From positions 1 through 38,630 of the forward strand of contig DASZYY010000061.1 of NCBI GenBank assembly GCA_035545175.1: a DNA stretch of 38,630 nt, in the 5' to 3' direction. Positions within the stretch are counted from its first letter, which is position 1, and every line of letters starts with the position of its first letter. The notes beneath the pieces are model-generated. The model was not told the origin of the DNA. It did no database searches and was given only the letters and a program-made list of their open reading frames with translations. Of this stretch, positions 23,338 through 32,926 are shown in pieces. The translations under genes were made by a program, and so were the position numbers. The stretch is from Mycobacteriales bacterium. GTDB lineage: Bacteria > Actinomycetota > Actinomycetes > JAFAQI01.

Positions 23338-24467
23338 CTGCGCTGCGCAAGAGCGTTGAGGACGACGGTCGTGGCTTCCTTTACCTCCACGTCGGTGAGG
23401 GTCGCGCGCGCGGTGAGCCGCAGCCGGCTTCCGCTCGGCGGCACCGACGGCGGCCTGAAGCAACCGACGAGCACGCCGGCCTCGCGACAGGCCTCCGCGA
23501 CTTCGACGGTGAGCTGTGGGTCGCCAAGGACCAGTGACACCACGGCGCCGTCGGGCGCCGGCACGTCGAGCGCGGTCGCGATCTCCTCCCGGCACCTGCG
23601 GACCTGCTCGACTCGCTCGGGCTCGGCCGCGAGGATGCCGATGGCGGCGTTCGCTGCGCCGGCGCTCGCCGGCGCGAGGCCGGTGTCGAAGATGAACGTG
23701 CGTGCGGTGTTGACCAGGTGATCGATCACGGCCGCGGATGCCAGCACCGCGCCGCCCTGGCTGCCCAGGGCCTTGGACAGCGTCACGGTTCGGATTACGT
23801 CGGGCTCGTTCTCGATGCCTGCCGTAGCGGCCACGCCGCGGCCGGCCGGACCGATGACGCCGATGGAATGCGCTTCGTCGACCACCAGCAGGGCGTCGTG
23901 TCGCCGACACGTCTCGTGCAGCGCCGCTGCGTCGGCGACGGTCCCGTCGGTGCTGAACACCGCGTCCGCCACGACGATCGCTCTCGGCTCGCTGCGCGTC
24001 GCGAGCGCCTCGTCGATCTCATCGACGCGGCGGTGTCTCGTGACGACGGTTCGGGACCTCGAGAGGCGGCACGCGTCGATGATCGACGCGTGGTTGTCGG
24101 CATCCGAGACGACCAGGACGTCAGGCCCGCCGAGCGCGGTGATCACGCCGAGGTTCGCGGCGTACCCCGAGGAGAACACGAGCGCGTCCGCGCCGCCGGC
24201 GAAGCCCGTCAGCGACTGTTCCAGCTCGCGGTGCAGCACTGTGCTGCCCGACACCAGCCGTGAGCCGGTCGAGCCGGCACCCCACCGTCTCGCGGCGTCG
24301 ACGGCCGCCTCGACGACGCGTTCGTCGGTGGCGAGCCCCAGGTAGTCGTTGCTCGCCAGGTCGATGTGCATCGCTTCCGCGCGGCGGTGGCTGAGGCGTC
24401 GGGTGAGGCCGGCATCGCCTCGACGCTTCGCGGCTTCTCCGAGCCAGCTTTCGAACCGGTCGCTCAT
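23334..24467 (-). CDS. bioF: 8-amino-7-oxononanoate synthase
   Basis: The start is taken at the ATG at 24467 (MSDRFESWL...), which forms an ATGA overlap with the bioA stop. [17 protein letters not shown] and [11 protein letters not shown] (PLP lysine) are typical of BioF. Confidence 0.9.
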   Translation of the reverse strand: MSDRFESWLGEAAKRRGDAGLTRRLSHRRAEAMHIDLASNDYLGLATDERVVEAAVDAARRWGAGSTGSRLVSGSTVLHRELEQSLTGFAGGADALVFSSGYAANLGVITALGGPDVLVVSDADNHASIIDACRLSRSRTVVTRHRRVDEIDEALATRSEPRAIVVADAVFSTDGTVADAAALHETCRRHDALLVVDEAHSIGVIGPAGRGVAATAGIENEPDVIRTVTLSKALGSQGGAVLASAAVIDHLVNTARTFIFDTGLAPASAGAANAAIGILAAEPERVEQVRRCREEIATALDVPAPDGAVVSLVLGDPQLTVEVAEACREAGVLVGCFRPPSVPPSGSRLRLTARATLTDVEVKEATTVVLNALAQRR

Positions 24468-25744
24468 GCCGCTGCGGCAGCGACCATCGCGCGACAGATC
24501 GCCGCGAGGTCTTCGTCGGTGCAGATGTACGGCGGCATGGCGTAGATCAGGTTGCGGAACGGGCGAAGCCACACGCCTTCACCCATTGCCCGCCTGGTCA
24601 CCCGGTCGATGTCCACCGGGTGGGTCAGCTCGATCACGCCGATCGCGCCGAGCACGCGGACATCCGCGACCGGGTCCAGGTCGCGAGCTGCCGCGAGGCC
24701 TTCGCTCAGCGCGGCCTCGGCGCGTTTCACCGTGGTCTGCCAGTCGTTGGCTTGCAGCAGGTCGAGGCTGGCTCCCGCGATCGCCGCGGCGAGTGGGTTG
24801 GCCATGAAGGTCGGCCCGTGCATGAAGGCGCCGCCCGGCCCGTTGCTGATCGCCTCGGCCACGGCGTCCGTGCACAGCGTCGCGGCCATCGACAGGTAGC
24901 CACCGGTCAGCGCCTTGCCGACGCACATGATGTCGGGGGAGACGCCGGCTTGCTCGGCGGCGAACATCGTGCCGGTACGGCCGAAGCCGGTGGCGATCTC
25001 GTCGAGGATGAGCAGCAGGCCGTGCTCGTCGCACAGCCTCCGGAGCTCGGCGACGTACGACGGGTCGTAGAAGCGCATCCCACCCGCGCCCTGCACGACG
25101 GGTTCGACGATCACGGCGGCGAGCTCGTCGCTGTGGCGCTCGAAGAGCTCCGCGGTCCGCCGTCGCCAGCTCTCGTCGCCGGGTTGTGCCGGTGGCATCT
25201 CCGCGAAGACCTGCTCGGTCAGGTTGCCGGTGAACAGGTGATGCATCCCGCCGACCGGGTCGCAGACGGACATCGCCATGAAGGTGTCGCCGTGGTAGCC
25301 GCCGCGAACCGTGAGCAGCCGGTTGCGGCCGGACCGGCCCGCGGCCTGCCAGTACTGCAGTGCCATCTTGATGGCGACCTCGACGGACACCGACCCCGAG
25401 TCGGCGAAGAAGACGCGAGCCAGGCCCGCCGGGGCCAGCTCGACGAGCCGGCCGGCCAGGCTGATCGCGGGCTCGTGGGTCAGCCCGCCGAACATGACGT
25501 GTGACATGCGGCCCAGCTGCGCCTGGGCGGCGGCGTCGAGCACCGGGTGGCGATAGCCGTGGATGGCGGCCCACCAGCTGGCCATCCCGTCGATCAGCTC
25601 GGTCCCGTCCTGTAGCCGGATCCGCGCCCCGCTCGCGCTGTCGACCACGTACGGCGCCGGGGCCGCCGGCATCGCGGCGTACGGGTGCCACACGTGCCGC
25701 GCGTCGAGGGCGAGCAGCGCCTCGGGGCTGACCGGCTCTGGCAC
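24464..25744 (-). CDS. bioA: Adenosylmethionine-8-amino-7-oxononanoate aminotransferase
   Basis: 426 aa with a GTG start. [48 protein letters not shown] and [10 protein letters not shown] closely follow the mycobacterial BioA pattern. Confidence 0.92.
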   Translation of the reverse strand: MPEPVSPEALLALDARHVWHPYAAMPAAPAPYVVDSASGARIRLQDGTELIDGMASWWAAIHGYRHPVLDAAAQAQLGRMSHVMFGGLTHEPAISLAGRLVELAPAGLARVFFADSGSVSVEVAIKMALQYWQAAGRSGRNRLLTVRGGYHGDTFMAMSVCDPVGGMHHLFTGNLTEQVFAEMPPAQPGDESWRRRTAELFERHSDELAAVIVEPVVQGAGGMRFYDPSYVAELRRLCDEHGLLLILDEIATGFGRTGTMFAAEQAGVSPDIMCVGKALTGGYLSMAATLCTDAVAEAISNGPGGAFMHGPTFMANPLAAAIAGASLDLLQANDWQTTVKRAEAALSEGLAAARDLDPVADVRVLGAIGVIELTHPVDIDRVTRRAMGEGVWLRPFRNLIYAMPPYICTDEDLAAICRAMVAAAAA

Positions 25745-25768
25745 CGCGTCAATGTGTCATACGGCAGG

Positions 25769-26860
25769 ATGAGGCCCGTGACGACCGACGCTGATCTCGC
25801 CACCCTCACCGAACAGGCCGTGCCGCATGAAGCGGTTGGTCGCTACCTCGCCGAGCAACTCGGCGATGCCGGCTGGCACGACTGCAAGCTGGAGCTCATC
25901 TCGGGTGGCAAGTCGAACCTGACGTTCGGTGTGACGTCCTCGGCCGGCGAAGCGGTGCTGCGCCGGCCACCGCTGTCGAACCGGCTGCCGACCGCACATG
26001 ACATGGGTCGCGAGCACCGGGTGATGACGGCGCTCGGCCCGACGCCGGTGCCGGTGCCGGTGACGCTGGCGATGTGCAACGACGACGACGTGATCGGTGC
26101 GCCGTTCTACGTCATGGAGCGGGTGCCCGGACACATCGTGCGCGACAGCCTTCCCGATGGGTACGCCACGACCGAGGAGGAACGCGTCGCGATCGCCCAC
26201 GGGTTGATCGACGTGCTCGCCGACCTCCACGCCGTCGAGCCGGCCGCCGTCGGTCTGGGCGACTACGGGCGGCCGGATGGCTACCTCGAGCGCCAGATCA
26301 AGCGGTGGACGTCGCAGTGGCAGGCGACGCGGGAGGCGATCCAGGCCGAGGGCAGCGACCTCGACATGCTCGCCGAGCGGCTGGCGAAGGCGGTGCCGGA
26401 CTCGGTGACCGGCCCGATCGTCCACGGCGACTACCGCATGGACAACGTCCTGCTCGACCCGAACACCCCGGGTCGAGTCGCCGCGGTACTCGACTGGGAG
26501 CTGTCGACGCTCGGCGACCCCATGGCCGACCTCGGCCTGTTCTACATCTACTGGCAGGACGCCGGGGACGAGATGAGCGAGATGTCCGCGGGCGTGCTGC
26601 CGACGGTCACCGCGCTGCCCGGCTTCCCGACCCGGCGCGAGCTGCTCGAACGCTATGCCGCGCGCAGCGGCCGCGACCTGGCCGACATGCCCTGGTACGT
26701 CGCGTTTGCCTGCTTCAAGCTCGCCGCGATCATCGCCGGCGTAGCGGCACGCGGTCTTGCGGGCGCGATGATCGGTGACGGCTTCGTCGAGATGGCGGTG
26801 CGGATCGCACCGCTGGTCAACGCCGGGAACGCAGCGCTTTCAGACGGCCTGGGCCTTTAG
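25769..26860 (+). CDS. Phosphotransferase-family protein (APH/choline-kinase-like fold)
   Basis: The start is taken at the ATG at 25769, because the track start at 25685 overlaps bioA; a GTG at 25754 is also possible. GGKSNLTF, FYVMERVPG, the catalytic loop HGDYRMDNVLL and DWELSTLGDP are present. Confidence 0.8.
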   Translation: MRPVTTDADLATLTEQAVPHEAVGRYLAEQLGDAGWHDCKLELISGGKSNLTFGVTSSAGEAVLRRPPLSNRLPTAHDMGREHRVMTALGPTPVPVPVTLAMCNDDDVIGAPFYVMERVPGHIVRDSLPDGYATTEEERVAIAHGLIDVLADLHAVEPAAVGLGDYGRPDGYLERQIKRWTSQWQATREAIQAEGSDLDMLAERLAKAVPDSVTGPIVHGDYRMDNVLLDPNTPGRVAAVLDWELSTLGDPMADLGLFYIYWQDAGDEMSEMSAGVLPTVTALPGFPTRRELLERYAARSGRDLADMPWYVAFACFKLAAIIAGVAARGLAGAMIGDGFVEMAVRIAPLVNAGNAALSDGLGL

Positions 26861-26868
26861 TTCACATC

Positions 26869-27894
26869 ATGTGGCGTCGTGCCGATGGTGACGGTGTGAC
26901 GCAGGTCGAGGACCGGCTGCGCGCTGAGCTGACCGTTGCGCGCGCGATCATCGACGTCCAGCAGCAGATTGCGCAGGCGCAGCGCGAGCCCGAGCGGGTC
27001 ATGCATGTGGTGGCGACGGCGAGCCAGGAGCTCACCGGGGCGGCCGGCACCGTCGTCGAGATCGTGCAGGGCGACGACATGGTCTACGCGGCAGCGACCG
27101 GCATCGCGGAACCACATCTCGGAACCCGGCTCCGCCGGGAAGGCAGCCTGTCCGGGTTGTGCGTCGAGGCCGGTACGCCGCTGATCTGCGAGGACTCCGA
27201 GACCGACGAGCGGGTCGACCGCGATGCCTGCCGACGGATCGGCCTTCGCTCGATGGCCGTCGTGCCGCTGATGGACGGCGATCGGTGCCAGGGGGTCCTC
27301 AAGGTCATGGACGCCGAACCGGGCCGGTTCGTCCCCGAGGACACGGTGGCGCTGCAGGCGATGGCCGGCTTCATCGCCCTGTCGTTGCAGCTTGCGGACA
27401 ACTACGTCGCGCAGACGCACAAGGCGACGACGGATGCGTTGACCGGGGTTGCGAACCGTGACGAGTTCGAACACCGGCTCGACGGCTTGCTCCGCGGGTC
27501 ATCCCGCCGGTCGGTAACGGTGTGCTTCATCGACCTGGACGGCTTCAAGCTGCTGAACGACACGGCGGGTCACGCGGCCGGCGACGAGGCCCTTCGCGGG
27601 GCCGCTGCGGCACTGACCCAGATCGTCCGGGAGGGCGACGTGGTCGCGCGGATCGGCGGCGACGAGTTCGTGGTCGCGTGTCACGGACTCCGGCCCGCGA
27701 TGGCGGCCGTGCTGGTGGAGCGGATCGAGGAAGGAATCATGCTCGCGACCGCGGGCCGGTTGCGCGGCGCGAGCGTCGGCGTCGCCGTGTCCCAGCCGGG
27801 TGACACGGTGAAGTCGCTGCTGGATCGCGCGGACGCCGCGATGTACGAGGTGAAGCGGGAACGCCACCGCGCCCGGGAGACCTCGGCTACCTGA
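26869..27894 (+). CDS. GAF domain-containing diguanylate cyclase (GGDEF)
   Basis: 341 aa. An N-terminal GAF-like region is followed by DALTGVANRDEF, FIDLDGFKLLNDTAGHAAGD, and REGD-VVARI-GGDEF, i.e. an intact A-site plus an RxxD I-site 5 residues upstream. Confidence 0.85.
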   Translation: MWRRADGDGVTQVEDRLRAELTVARAIIDVQQQIAQAQREPERVMHVVATASQELTGAAGTVVEIVQGDDMVYAAATGIAEPHLGTRLRREGSLSGLCVEAGTPLICEDSETDERVDRDACRRIGLRSMAVVPLMDGDRCQGVLKVMDAEPGRFVPEDTVALQAMAGFIALSLQLADNYVAQTHKATTDALTGVANRDEFEHRLDGLLRGSSRRSVTVCFIDLDGFKLLNDTAGHAAGDEALRGAAAALTQIVREGDVVARIGGDEFVVACHGLRPAMAAVLVERIEEGIMLATAGRLRGASVGVAVSQPGDTVKSLLDRADAAMYEVKRERHRARETSAT

Positions 27895-28612
27895 GGCTGA
27901 GGCCGCCGTCGAGCACCCAGACCTGGCCGGTCACGTACGTCGAGCTGATCTGGGTCGCGACCACCTCGGCGACATCCTCGGGCTGCGCGGCGCGCTGCAT
28001 GGGGGCCATGAACTTGATGCCCTCGTGCAGGTCCTTCCACTCGGCCGTCCACGGCGTGTCGACGAGGCCCGGCGCGACCGCGTTCACGCGGATCTCGGGT
28101 GCCACGACGTTCGCCAGCAGCAACGTCAGGTGGTTCATGGCGGCCTTGCTCACGGCATACGGGATCGATGACCCGAGCGGCCGCACACCCGCCAGCGAGG
28201 TGACGTTGACGATGCAGCCGGCACCGGTCTCCTTGAGGTGAGGGATGGCCGCCGTCGTGACCTGCCACGTGCCGACGACGTTGACGTCGTACAGCCGCCG
28301 AAAGACCTCAGGTGAGGCGGTCTCGAAGTCCTCGTGCGGGATGCGGACCGTCGTACCGGCGTTGTTGACCAGGACGTCGAGCCGCCCGAAGCGAGCGATG
28401 GTCTCGTCGACGATGCGCTGGGCGTCGACGGCGATGTCGCCCTGGACGTAGTGCGTCCGGTCCGCGCCGAGCTCGGCGACCATCGCCTGGCCGGCGTCGA
28501 CCGACCTTGCCGAGTTGATGACGACCTGCAGGCCGTCTCGAACGAACCGCTCGACGACCGCCTTGCCGATGCCTGACGTCGATCCGGTCACCAGCGCAAC
28601 GCGCTCCGCCAT
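27887..28612 (-). CDS. SDR-family oxidoreductase
   Basis: 241 aa from the ATG at 28612. Motifs are TGSTSGIGKA, NNAG and YAVSKAA. The TGATG junction joins it to the upstream SDR gene. Its stop overlaps the end of the GGDEF gene convergently by 8 nt. Confidence 0.85.
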   Translation of the reverse strand: MAERVALVTGSTSGIGKAVVERFVRDGLQVVINSARSVDAGQAMVAELGADRTHYVQGDIAVDAQRIVDETIARFGRLDVLVNNAGTTVRIPHEDFETASPEVFRRLYDVNVVGTWQVTTAAIPHLKETGAGCIVNVTSLAGVRPLGSSIPYAVSKAAMNHLTLLLANVVAPEIRVNAVAPGLVDTPWTAEWKDLHEGIKFMAPMQRAAQPEDVAEVVATQISSTYVTGQVWVLDGGLSLR

Positions 28613-29376
28613 CAGAACCCACCTGCCGTTGTGATCCCACCGTCGATGGTGACGGTCTGTCCGGTGATCCAGGATGCGTCGTCCGAGAGCAGAAAGGCAG
28701 CGAGTTTGGCGGTGTCGGTCGGCATCCCCAGCCGCTTCAGCGGATAGCGCGCCGCCGCGGCCTCCTCGTCGTTCTCGTACAAGGCGCGGGCGAACTGGGT
28801 CTTGACCACAGCCGGCGCGATGCCGTTGACGCGGACGCTCGGGCTGAGCTCGCCGGCGAGCTGTTTCGTCATGTGGATGAGCGCGGCCTTGCTCGCGTTG
28901 TAGGCGCCGAGAAACGGTCCGACCCGCAGTCCGCCGATCGATGCCACGTTGAGAACCGCGCCACCGTTGTTCTTCAGCCACGCTCGCCACGCGAGCTGGG
29001 TCCAGGACAGCGCGGCAACCACGTTGACCTCGAAGATCTTGCGGACCGCGGCCAGCTCGTAGTCGATCATCGGGCCGAAGACCGGGTTCACCGCGGCGTT
29101 GTTGACCATGTAGTCGACGCGCCCGAACGCCGCGATCGTCGCCTCGACGGTCGCCTGCTGGTGCTCGACGTCGTCGGCGCTGCCGCGCGAGGAGATGGCG
29201 CGTCCCGACCCGTCGGGGTCGAGCTGCGTCACCGCGGCCTCGAGCTCGTCCGGCTTGCGGGCGGTGATGCACACCGACGCGCCGCGGGCGACGAGCTCAG
29301 CGGCAATGCCGAAGCCGATGCCGCGGGTCCCGCCGGTGACGATTGCCGACCGGCCGCTGAAGTCCTGATCCGCCAT
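28612..29376 (-). CDS. SDR-family oxidoreductase
   Basis: 254 aa from the ATG at 29376 (MADQDFSGRSAIVTGGTRGIGFG); the track start at 29406 adds 10 residues. Motifs are NNAA and YNASKAA. Confidence 0.85.
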   Translation of the reverse strand: MADQDFSGRSAIVTGGTRGIGFGIAAELVARGASVCITARKPDELEAAVTQLDPDGSGRAISSRGSADDVEHQQATVEATIAAFGRVDYMVNNAAVNPVFGPMIDYELAAVRKIFEVNVVAALSWTQLAWRAWLKNNGGAVLNVASIGGLRVGPFLGAYNASKAALIHMTKQLAGELSPSVRVNGIAPAVVKTQFARALYENDEEAAAARYPLKRLGMPTDTAKLAAFLLSDDASWITGQTVTIDGGITTAGGF

Positions 29377-29511
29377 GGGCGGACACGCTGCCACATCGAT
29401 TTGCACAGGCCGTCAAGTGGGCCTCGCCGTGCACAGGGAGCTGCCCGCCCGGCCGGCTGCGTCGGACCGCTTCCGCACCGTGGCCGTTCCGGCTATCGAG
29501 GAGGACTGCGA

Positions 29512-29916
29512 ATGGAGATCTATACGACGGTGCAGGGCAACCTGACCGCCGACCCGGTCGGTCGAACCACCGCGAACGGCGCCGCGGTGGTCAACTTCCG
29601 CGTCGCGTCGAACACCCGCAGGTTCGACAAGGAGCAGGGGGAGTACCGGGATGGCGACACCACATATATAGGTGTGACCTGCTGGCGCGGGCTGGCCGGC
29701 AACGTGCTCGCCAGCCTGCGGAAGGGGGACAGCGTCGTCGTGTTCGGCAAGCTCATCCAGCGCAGCTACGAGGCGAAAGACGGCGGGCAGCGGACGGTCC
29801 ACGAGATCGAAGCACTCGGCGTCGGTCCCGACCTCAGCCGCTGGCCGGCGGATCTCCGCCGGCCGTCTCGGGTCGCCGATCCGGCGCCGGTCGACACCGC
29901 GGTCGAGGCGGCCTAG
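29512..29916 (+). CDS. Single-stranded DNA-binding (OB-fold) protein paralogue lacking the acidic C-terminal tip
   Basis: 134 aa from the ATG at 29512, with GAGGAGGA 6 nt upstream. MEIYTTVQGNLTADPVGRTTANGAAVVNFRVASNTRRF...TYIGVTCWRGLAGNV...GDSVVVFGKL matches the SSB OB-fold pattern. The C-terminus ends ...PVDTAVEAA with no DDD-IPF tail. Its position next to ettA resembles mycobacterial Rv2478c/Rv2477c. Confidence 0.75.
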   Translation: MEIYTTVQGNLTADPVGRTTANGAAVVNFRVASNTRRFDKEQGEYRDGDTTYIGVTCWRGLAGNVLASLRKGDSVVVFGKLIQRSYEAKDGGQRTVHEIEALGVGPDLSRWPADLRRPSRVADPAPVDTAVEAA

Positions 29917-30398
29917 GTCGGCGGGCGGCGCCGCTCCGCGAGCTGCCGGCGTACGAAGTCCGGGTCGAGGCCGGTTCCGAAGCTGCCGGCTGCGGTGTCC
30001 GAGGCCCGGATCCGCATGCGGCGCCGGATGCCCAGGGCCAGCACGCCGGCGCCGAGCACGAGCGGCACGCCTGTCATGCCCACGTCCGCGAGGCGGGCGG
30101 GCAGCGAGTCGAGCCGGGCGGTGAACGGATCGGACCGGTCGTAGTAGACGTCGACCCGCGCGCCCTCGGGTGGCGAGGACGTCGGCACGTGGGTGTAGGC
30201 CTCGCCGTCGACCTGGTACCGGACGACACCGCCGCGCTCGACCCCGATCGTGTGACCGCCGGTCCACAGCAGCATGTCGTTGCGCGACTGGAGTGTGAGG
30301 AGCAGCGAAAGCAGCGCGAAGATGCTGAGCGCTGCGGCGATCCCGGCGTAAGGGCCGATGCCGTCGAGCGCGCTGCTCAGGCGCGTGCCTGCGCTCAC
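29913..30398 (-). CDS. DUF3592-like two-TM membrane protein
   Basis: Only the last 161 codons of track ORF 29913-32060 are credited; the rest is antisense to ettA. The GTG at 30398 gives TM1 (YAGIAAALSIFALLSLLLTL), a beta-rich segment (VVRYQVDGEAYTHV...ARVDVYYDRSDPFTARL) and TM2 (VGMTGVPLVLGAGVLALGI). Confidence 0.55.
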   Translation of the reverse strand: MSAGTRLSSALDGIGPYAGIAAALSIFALLSLLLTLQSRNDMLLWTGGHTIGVERGGVVRYQVDGEAYTHVPTSSPPEGARVDVYYDRSDPFTARLDSLPARLADVGMTGVPLVLGAGVLALGIRRRMRIRASDTAAGSFGTGLDPDFVRRQLAERRRPPT

Positions 30399-30416
30399 GT
30401 TCCGTAGCCTAGGGCC

Positions 30417-32093
30417 GTGGCTCAGTACATCTACTCGATGCGCAATGTCCGCAAGGCGCACGGCGACAAGGTCATCCTCGACGACGTCACGCTGTCGTTC
30501 CTGCCCGGCGCGAAGATCGGCGTCGTCGGCCCGAACGGCGCCGGCAAGTCGAGCGTGCTCAAGATCATGGCCGGGCTCGACACCGCTTCCAACGGGGACG
30601 CGATCCTGACGCCCGGCTACACGGTCGGCATCCTGCTGCAGGAGCCGCCGCTGGACGAGACCAAGGACGTCCGCGGCAACGTCGACGAGGCGGTCGCCGC
30701 CACCAAGGCGCTCGTCGACCGGTACAACGAGGTCGCCGAGAAGATGGCCGTCGAGTACACCGACGAGCTCGGCACCGAGCTCGGGGTGCTGCAGGAGCAG
30801 ATCGAGCACGCCGGCGCCTGGGACCTCGACAGCCGGATCGAGATGGCGATGGACGCGCTGCGGCTGCCGCCGGGCGACGCTGACGTCGCCGTTCTGTCCG
30901 GCGGCGAGCGACGTCGCGTCGCGCTGTGCAAGCTGCTGCTCGAGCAGCCCGACCTGCTGCTGCTCGACGAGCCGACCAACCATCTTGACGCTGAGAGCGT
31001 GGCGTGGCTGGAGCAGCACCTGGCCGCGTACCCCGGCACGGTGCTCGCCGTCACCCACGACCGGTACTTCCTCGACAACGTCGCCGAGTGGATTCTCGAG
31101 CTCGACCGCGGGCGGGCGTACCCGTACGAGGGCAACTACACGACGTACCTCGACACGAAGGCCTCCCGCATCAAGGTCGAGGGGGCGAAGGACGCGAAGC
31201 GCAAGAAGGAGATCGAGCGGGAGCTCGAGTGGGTCCGCTCGAACCCCAAGGCGCGGCAGGCCAAGAGCAAGGCGCGCCTGGCGCGGTTCGAAGAGCTCGT
31301 CGCCGAAGCCGACCGGGCCCGCCCGTCGGACAACGACGGGATCCAGATCCCGCCCGGCCCGCGGCTCGGCGCGCAGGTGATCGAGGCGAAGGCGCTGTGC
31401 AAGGGCTTCGGTGACCGCACCCTCATCAAGGACCTGTCCTTCTCGCTGCCGCGAGGCGGCATCGTCGGGATCATGGGCCCGAACGGCGTGGGCAAGACGA
31501 CGCTGTTCAAGATGCTCGTCGGGGAGGAGAAGCCGGACAGCGGCGAGCTCGTGGTCGGCGACACCGTCGAGATCTCCTACGTCGACCAGGGCCGCGGCGG
31601 CCTCGACCCGAAGCAGACGCTGTGGGAGGTCGTCTCGGGCGGGCTCGACCACATCATCGTCGGCAAGACGGACATCAACAGCCGCGCCTACGTGGCGTCG
31701 TTCGGCTTCAAGGGCCCGGACCAGCAGAAGCCGGCGGGCGTGCTGTCCGGCGGCGAGCGCAACCGCCTCAACCTGGCGCTCACGCTCAAGACCGGTGGCA
31801 ACCTGCTGTTGCTCGACGAGCCGACCAACGACCTCGACGTCGAGACGCTGCGCTCGCTGGAGGATGCGCTCGAGGAGTTCCCGGGCTGTGCGGTCGTGAT
31901 CAGCCACGACCGGTGGTTCCTCGACAAGGTCGCGACGCACATCCTCGCCTGGGAGGGCACCGAGGAGGAGCCCGGGCGCTGGTACTGGTTCGAGGGCGGC
32001 TTCTCCGACTACGAGCGCAACAAGGTCGAGCGACTCGGCGAGGAGGCGGCCCGCCCGCACCGGGTCACCTACCGCCGGCTCAACCGCGACTAG
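30417..32093 (+). CDS. ettA: Energy-dependent translational throttle protein EttA (ABC-F ATPase)
   Basis: 558 aa with a GTG start. The N-terminus is MAQYIYSMRNVRKAHGDK. There are two NBDs (GPNGAGKS/LSGGERRRVAL/LLLDEPTNHLD and GPNGVGKT/LSGGERNRLNL/LLLDEPTNDLD) with an arm insertion and a linker. Confidence 0.95.
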   Translation: MAQYIYSMRNVRKAHGDKVILDDVTLSFLPGAKIGVVGPNGAGKSSVLKIMAGLDTASNGDAILTPGYTVGILLQEPPLDETKDVRGNVDEAVAATKALVDRYNEVAEKMAVEYTDELGTELGVLQEQIEHAGAWDLDSRIEMAMDALRLPPGDADVAVLSGGERRRVALCKLLLEQPDLLLLDEPTNHLDAESVAWLEQHLAAYPGTVLAVTHDRYFLDNVAEWILELDRGRAYPYEGNYTTYLDTKASRIKVEGAKDAKRKKEIERELEWVRSNPKARQAKSKARLARFEELVAEADRARPSDNDGIQIPPGPRLGAQVIEAKALCKGFGDRTLIKDLSFSLPRGGIVGIMGPNGVGKTTLFKMLVGEEKPDSGELVVGDTVEISYVDQGRGGLDPKQTLWEVVSGGLDHIIVGKTDINSRAYVASFGFKGPDQQKPAGVLSGGERNRLNLALTLKTGGNLLLLDEPTNDLDVETLRSLEDALEEFPGCAVVISHDRWFLDKVATHILAWEGTEEEPGRWYWFEGGFSDYERNKVERLGEEAARPHRVTYRRLNRD

Positions 32094-32926
32094 TGGGGGT
32101 TCCGGAAGCCGCGCCGGCGGCAGCCTGGGACCCCGGGCAGTACCTGCGGTACGCCGACGAGCGGTCGCGGCCGTTCTTCGACCTGCTCGCCCCGGTGCCG
32201 GCGGCCGCTGCCTCGCTCGTGGTCGATCTCGGCTGCGGTCCAGGAACCCTCACTCGGACGCTTGCCCAGCGCTGGCCGGATGCCGAGATTGTCGGGGTGG
32301 ACAGCTCCGAGGAGATGATCTCCCGGGCCGCATCGGAGGCCGGTTTCGCTCGTTTGTCCTACGTGTGCGCCGATTTGCGATCCTGGCTGCGCACGGACAG
32401 CGCTGACCTCGGCGCCCCCGACGTCGTGGTGGCTAATGCGGTGCTGCAGTGGGTACCGGGTCACCTTGCCCTCATCGAACCCATCGCAAGCTGGCTCGCG
32501 CCCGGCGGCACCTTCGCCTTCCAGGTGCCGGCGAACTTCGACTCGCCCTCCCACACGGTGATCCGCGAGCTGCGCGAGTCTCCCCGCTGGCGCGACCGTG
32601 TCGGCGCGCGTGCCGACCGGCAGGCCGGCGTCGAGTCGCCCGAGACCTACCTCGAAGCGCTGGCCGCGGCGGGTCTGGAGCCTGACGTCTGGCAGACGAC
32701 GTACCTGCACCGGTTGACCGGCGAGAACCCGGTCCTGGAGTGGGTGAAGGGAACCGCGTTGCGCCCGGTGTTGACGGCGCTTGCCGGCGACGAGGCGGAA
32801 AGCGAGGCGTTCCTCGCCGAGTGCGCCGAAGGGCTTCGCGACGCCTATCCCGCCGGTGCCGACGGCACCACGGTGTTCCCGTTCCGGCGGACGTTCGCCA
32901 TCGGTACGGCGAAGGCGGCGGCATGA
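32093..32926 (+). CDS. tam: Trans-aconitate 2-methyltransferase-like SAM-dependent methyltransferase
   Basis: 277 aa from the GTG at 32093 (a TAGTG junction with the ettA stop). This is the only start codon upstream of the conserved WDPGQYLRYADERSRPFFDL. VVDLGCGPG is SAM motif I, and NAVLQWVPGH is present. Confidence 0.8.
   Translation: MGVPEAAPAAAWDPGQYLRYADERSRPFFDLLAPVPAAAASLVVDLGCGPGTLTRTLAQRWPDAEIVGVDSSEEMISRAASEAGFARLSYVCADLRSWLRTDSADLGAPDVVVANAVLQWVPGHLALIEPIASWLAPGGTFAFQVPANFDSPSHTVIRELRESPRWRDRVGARADRQAGVESPETYLEALAAAGLEPDVWQTTYLHRLTGENPVLEWVKGTALRPVLTALAGDEAESEAFLAECAEGLRDAYPAGADGTTVFPFRRTFAIGTAKAAA

Noticed and set aside
23338-23910. N-terminal extension of the bioD ORF (419 aa in the track)
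   Set aside because: The extension overlaps bioF out of frame and is Arg-rich nonsense. BioD homology begins with the P-loop at the ATG at 23337, which forms an ATGA junction with bioF.
25745-25768. Biotin operator (BioQ TGAAC-N3-GTTCA or BirA-type) upstream of bioA
   Set aside because: The 24-bp gap and flanking sequence contain no such palindrome. Only a weak ATG-TGT-CAT element is present, so no regulatory call is made.
30399-32060. Upstream 554 codons of the 715-aa minus-strand ORF 29913-32060
   Set aside because: This part is antisense to ettA, an unmistakable ABC-F protein. Only the last 161 codons, downstream of the ettA start, have membrane-protein character and are kept as a DUF3592-like CDS.
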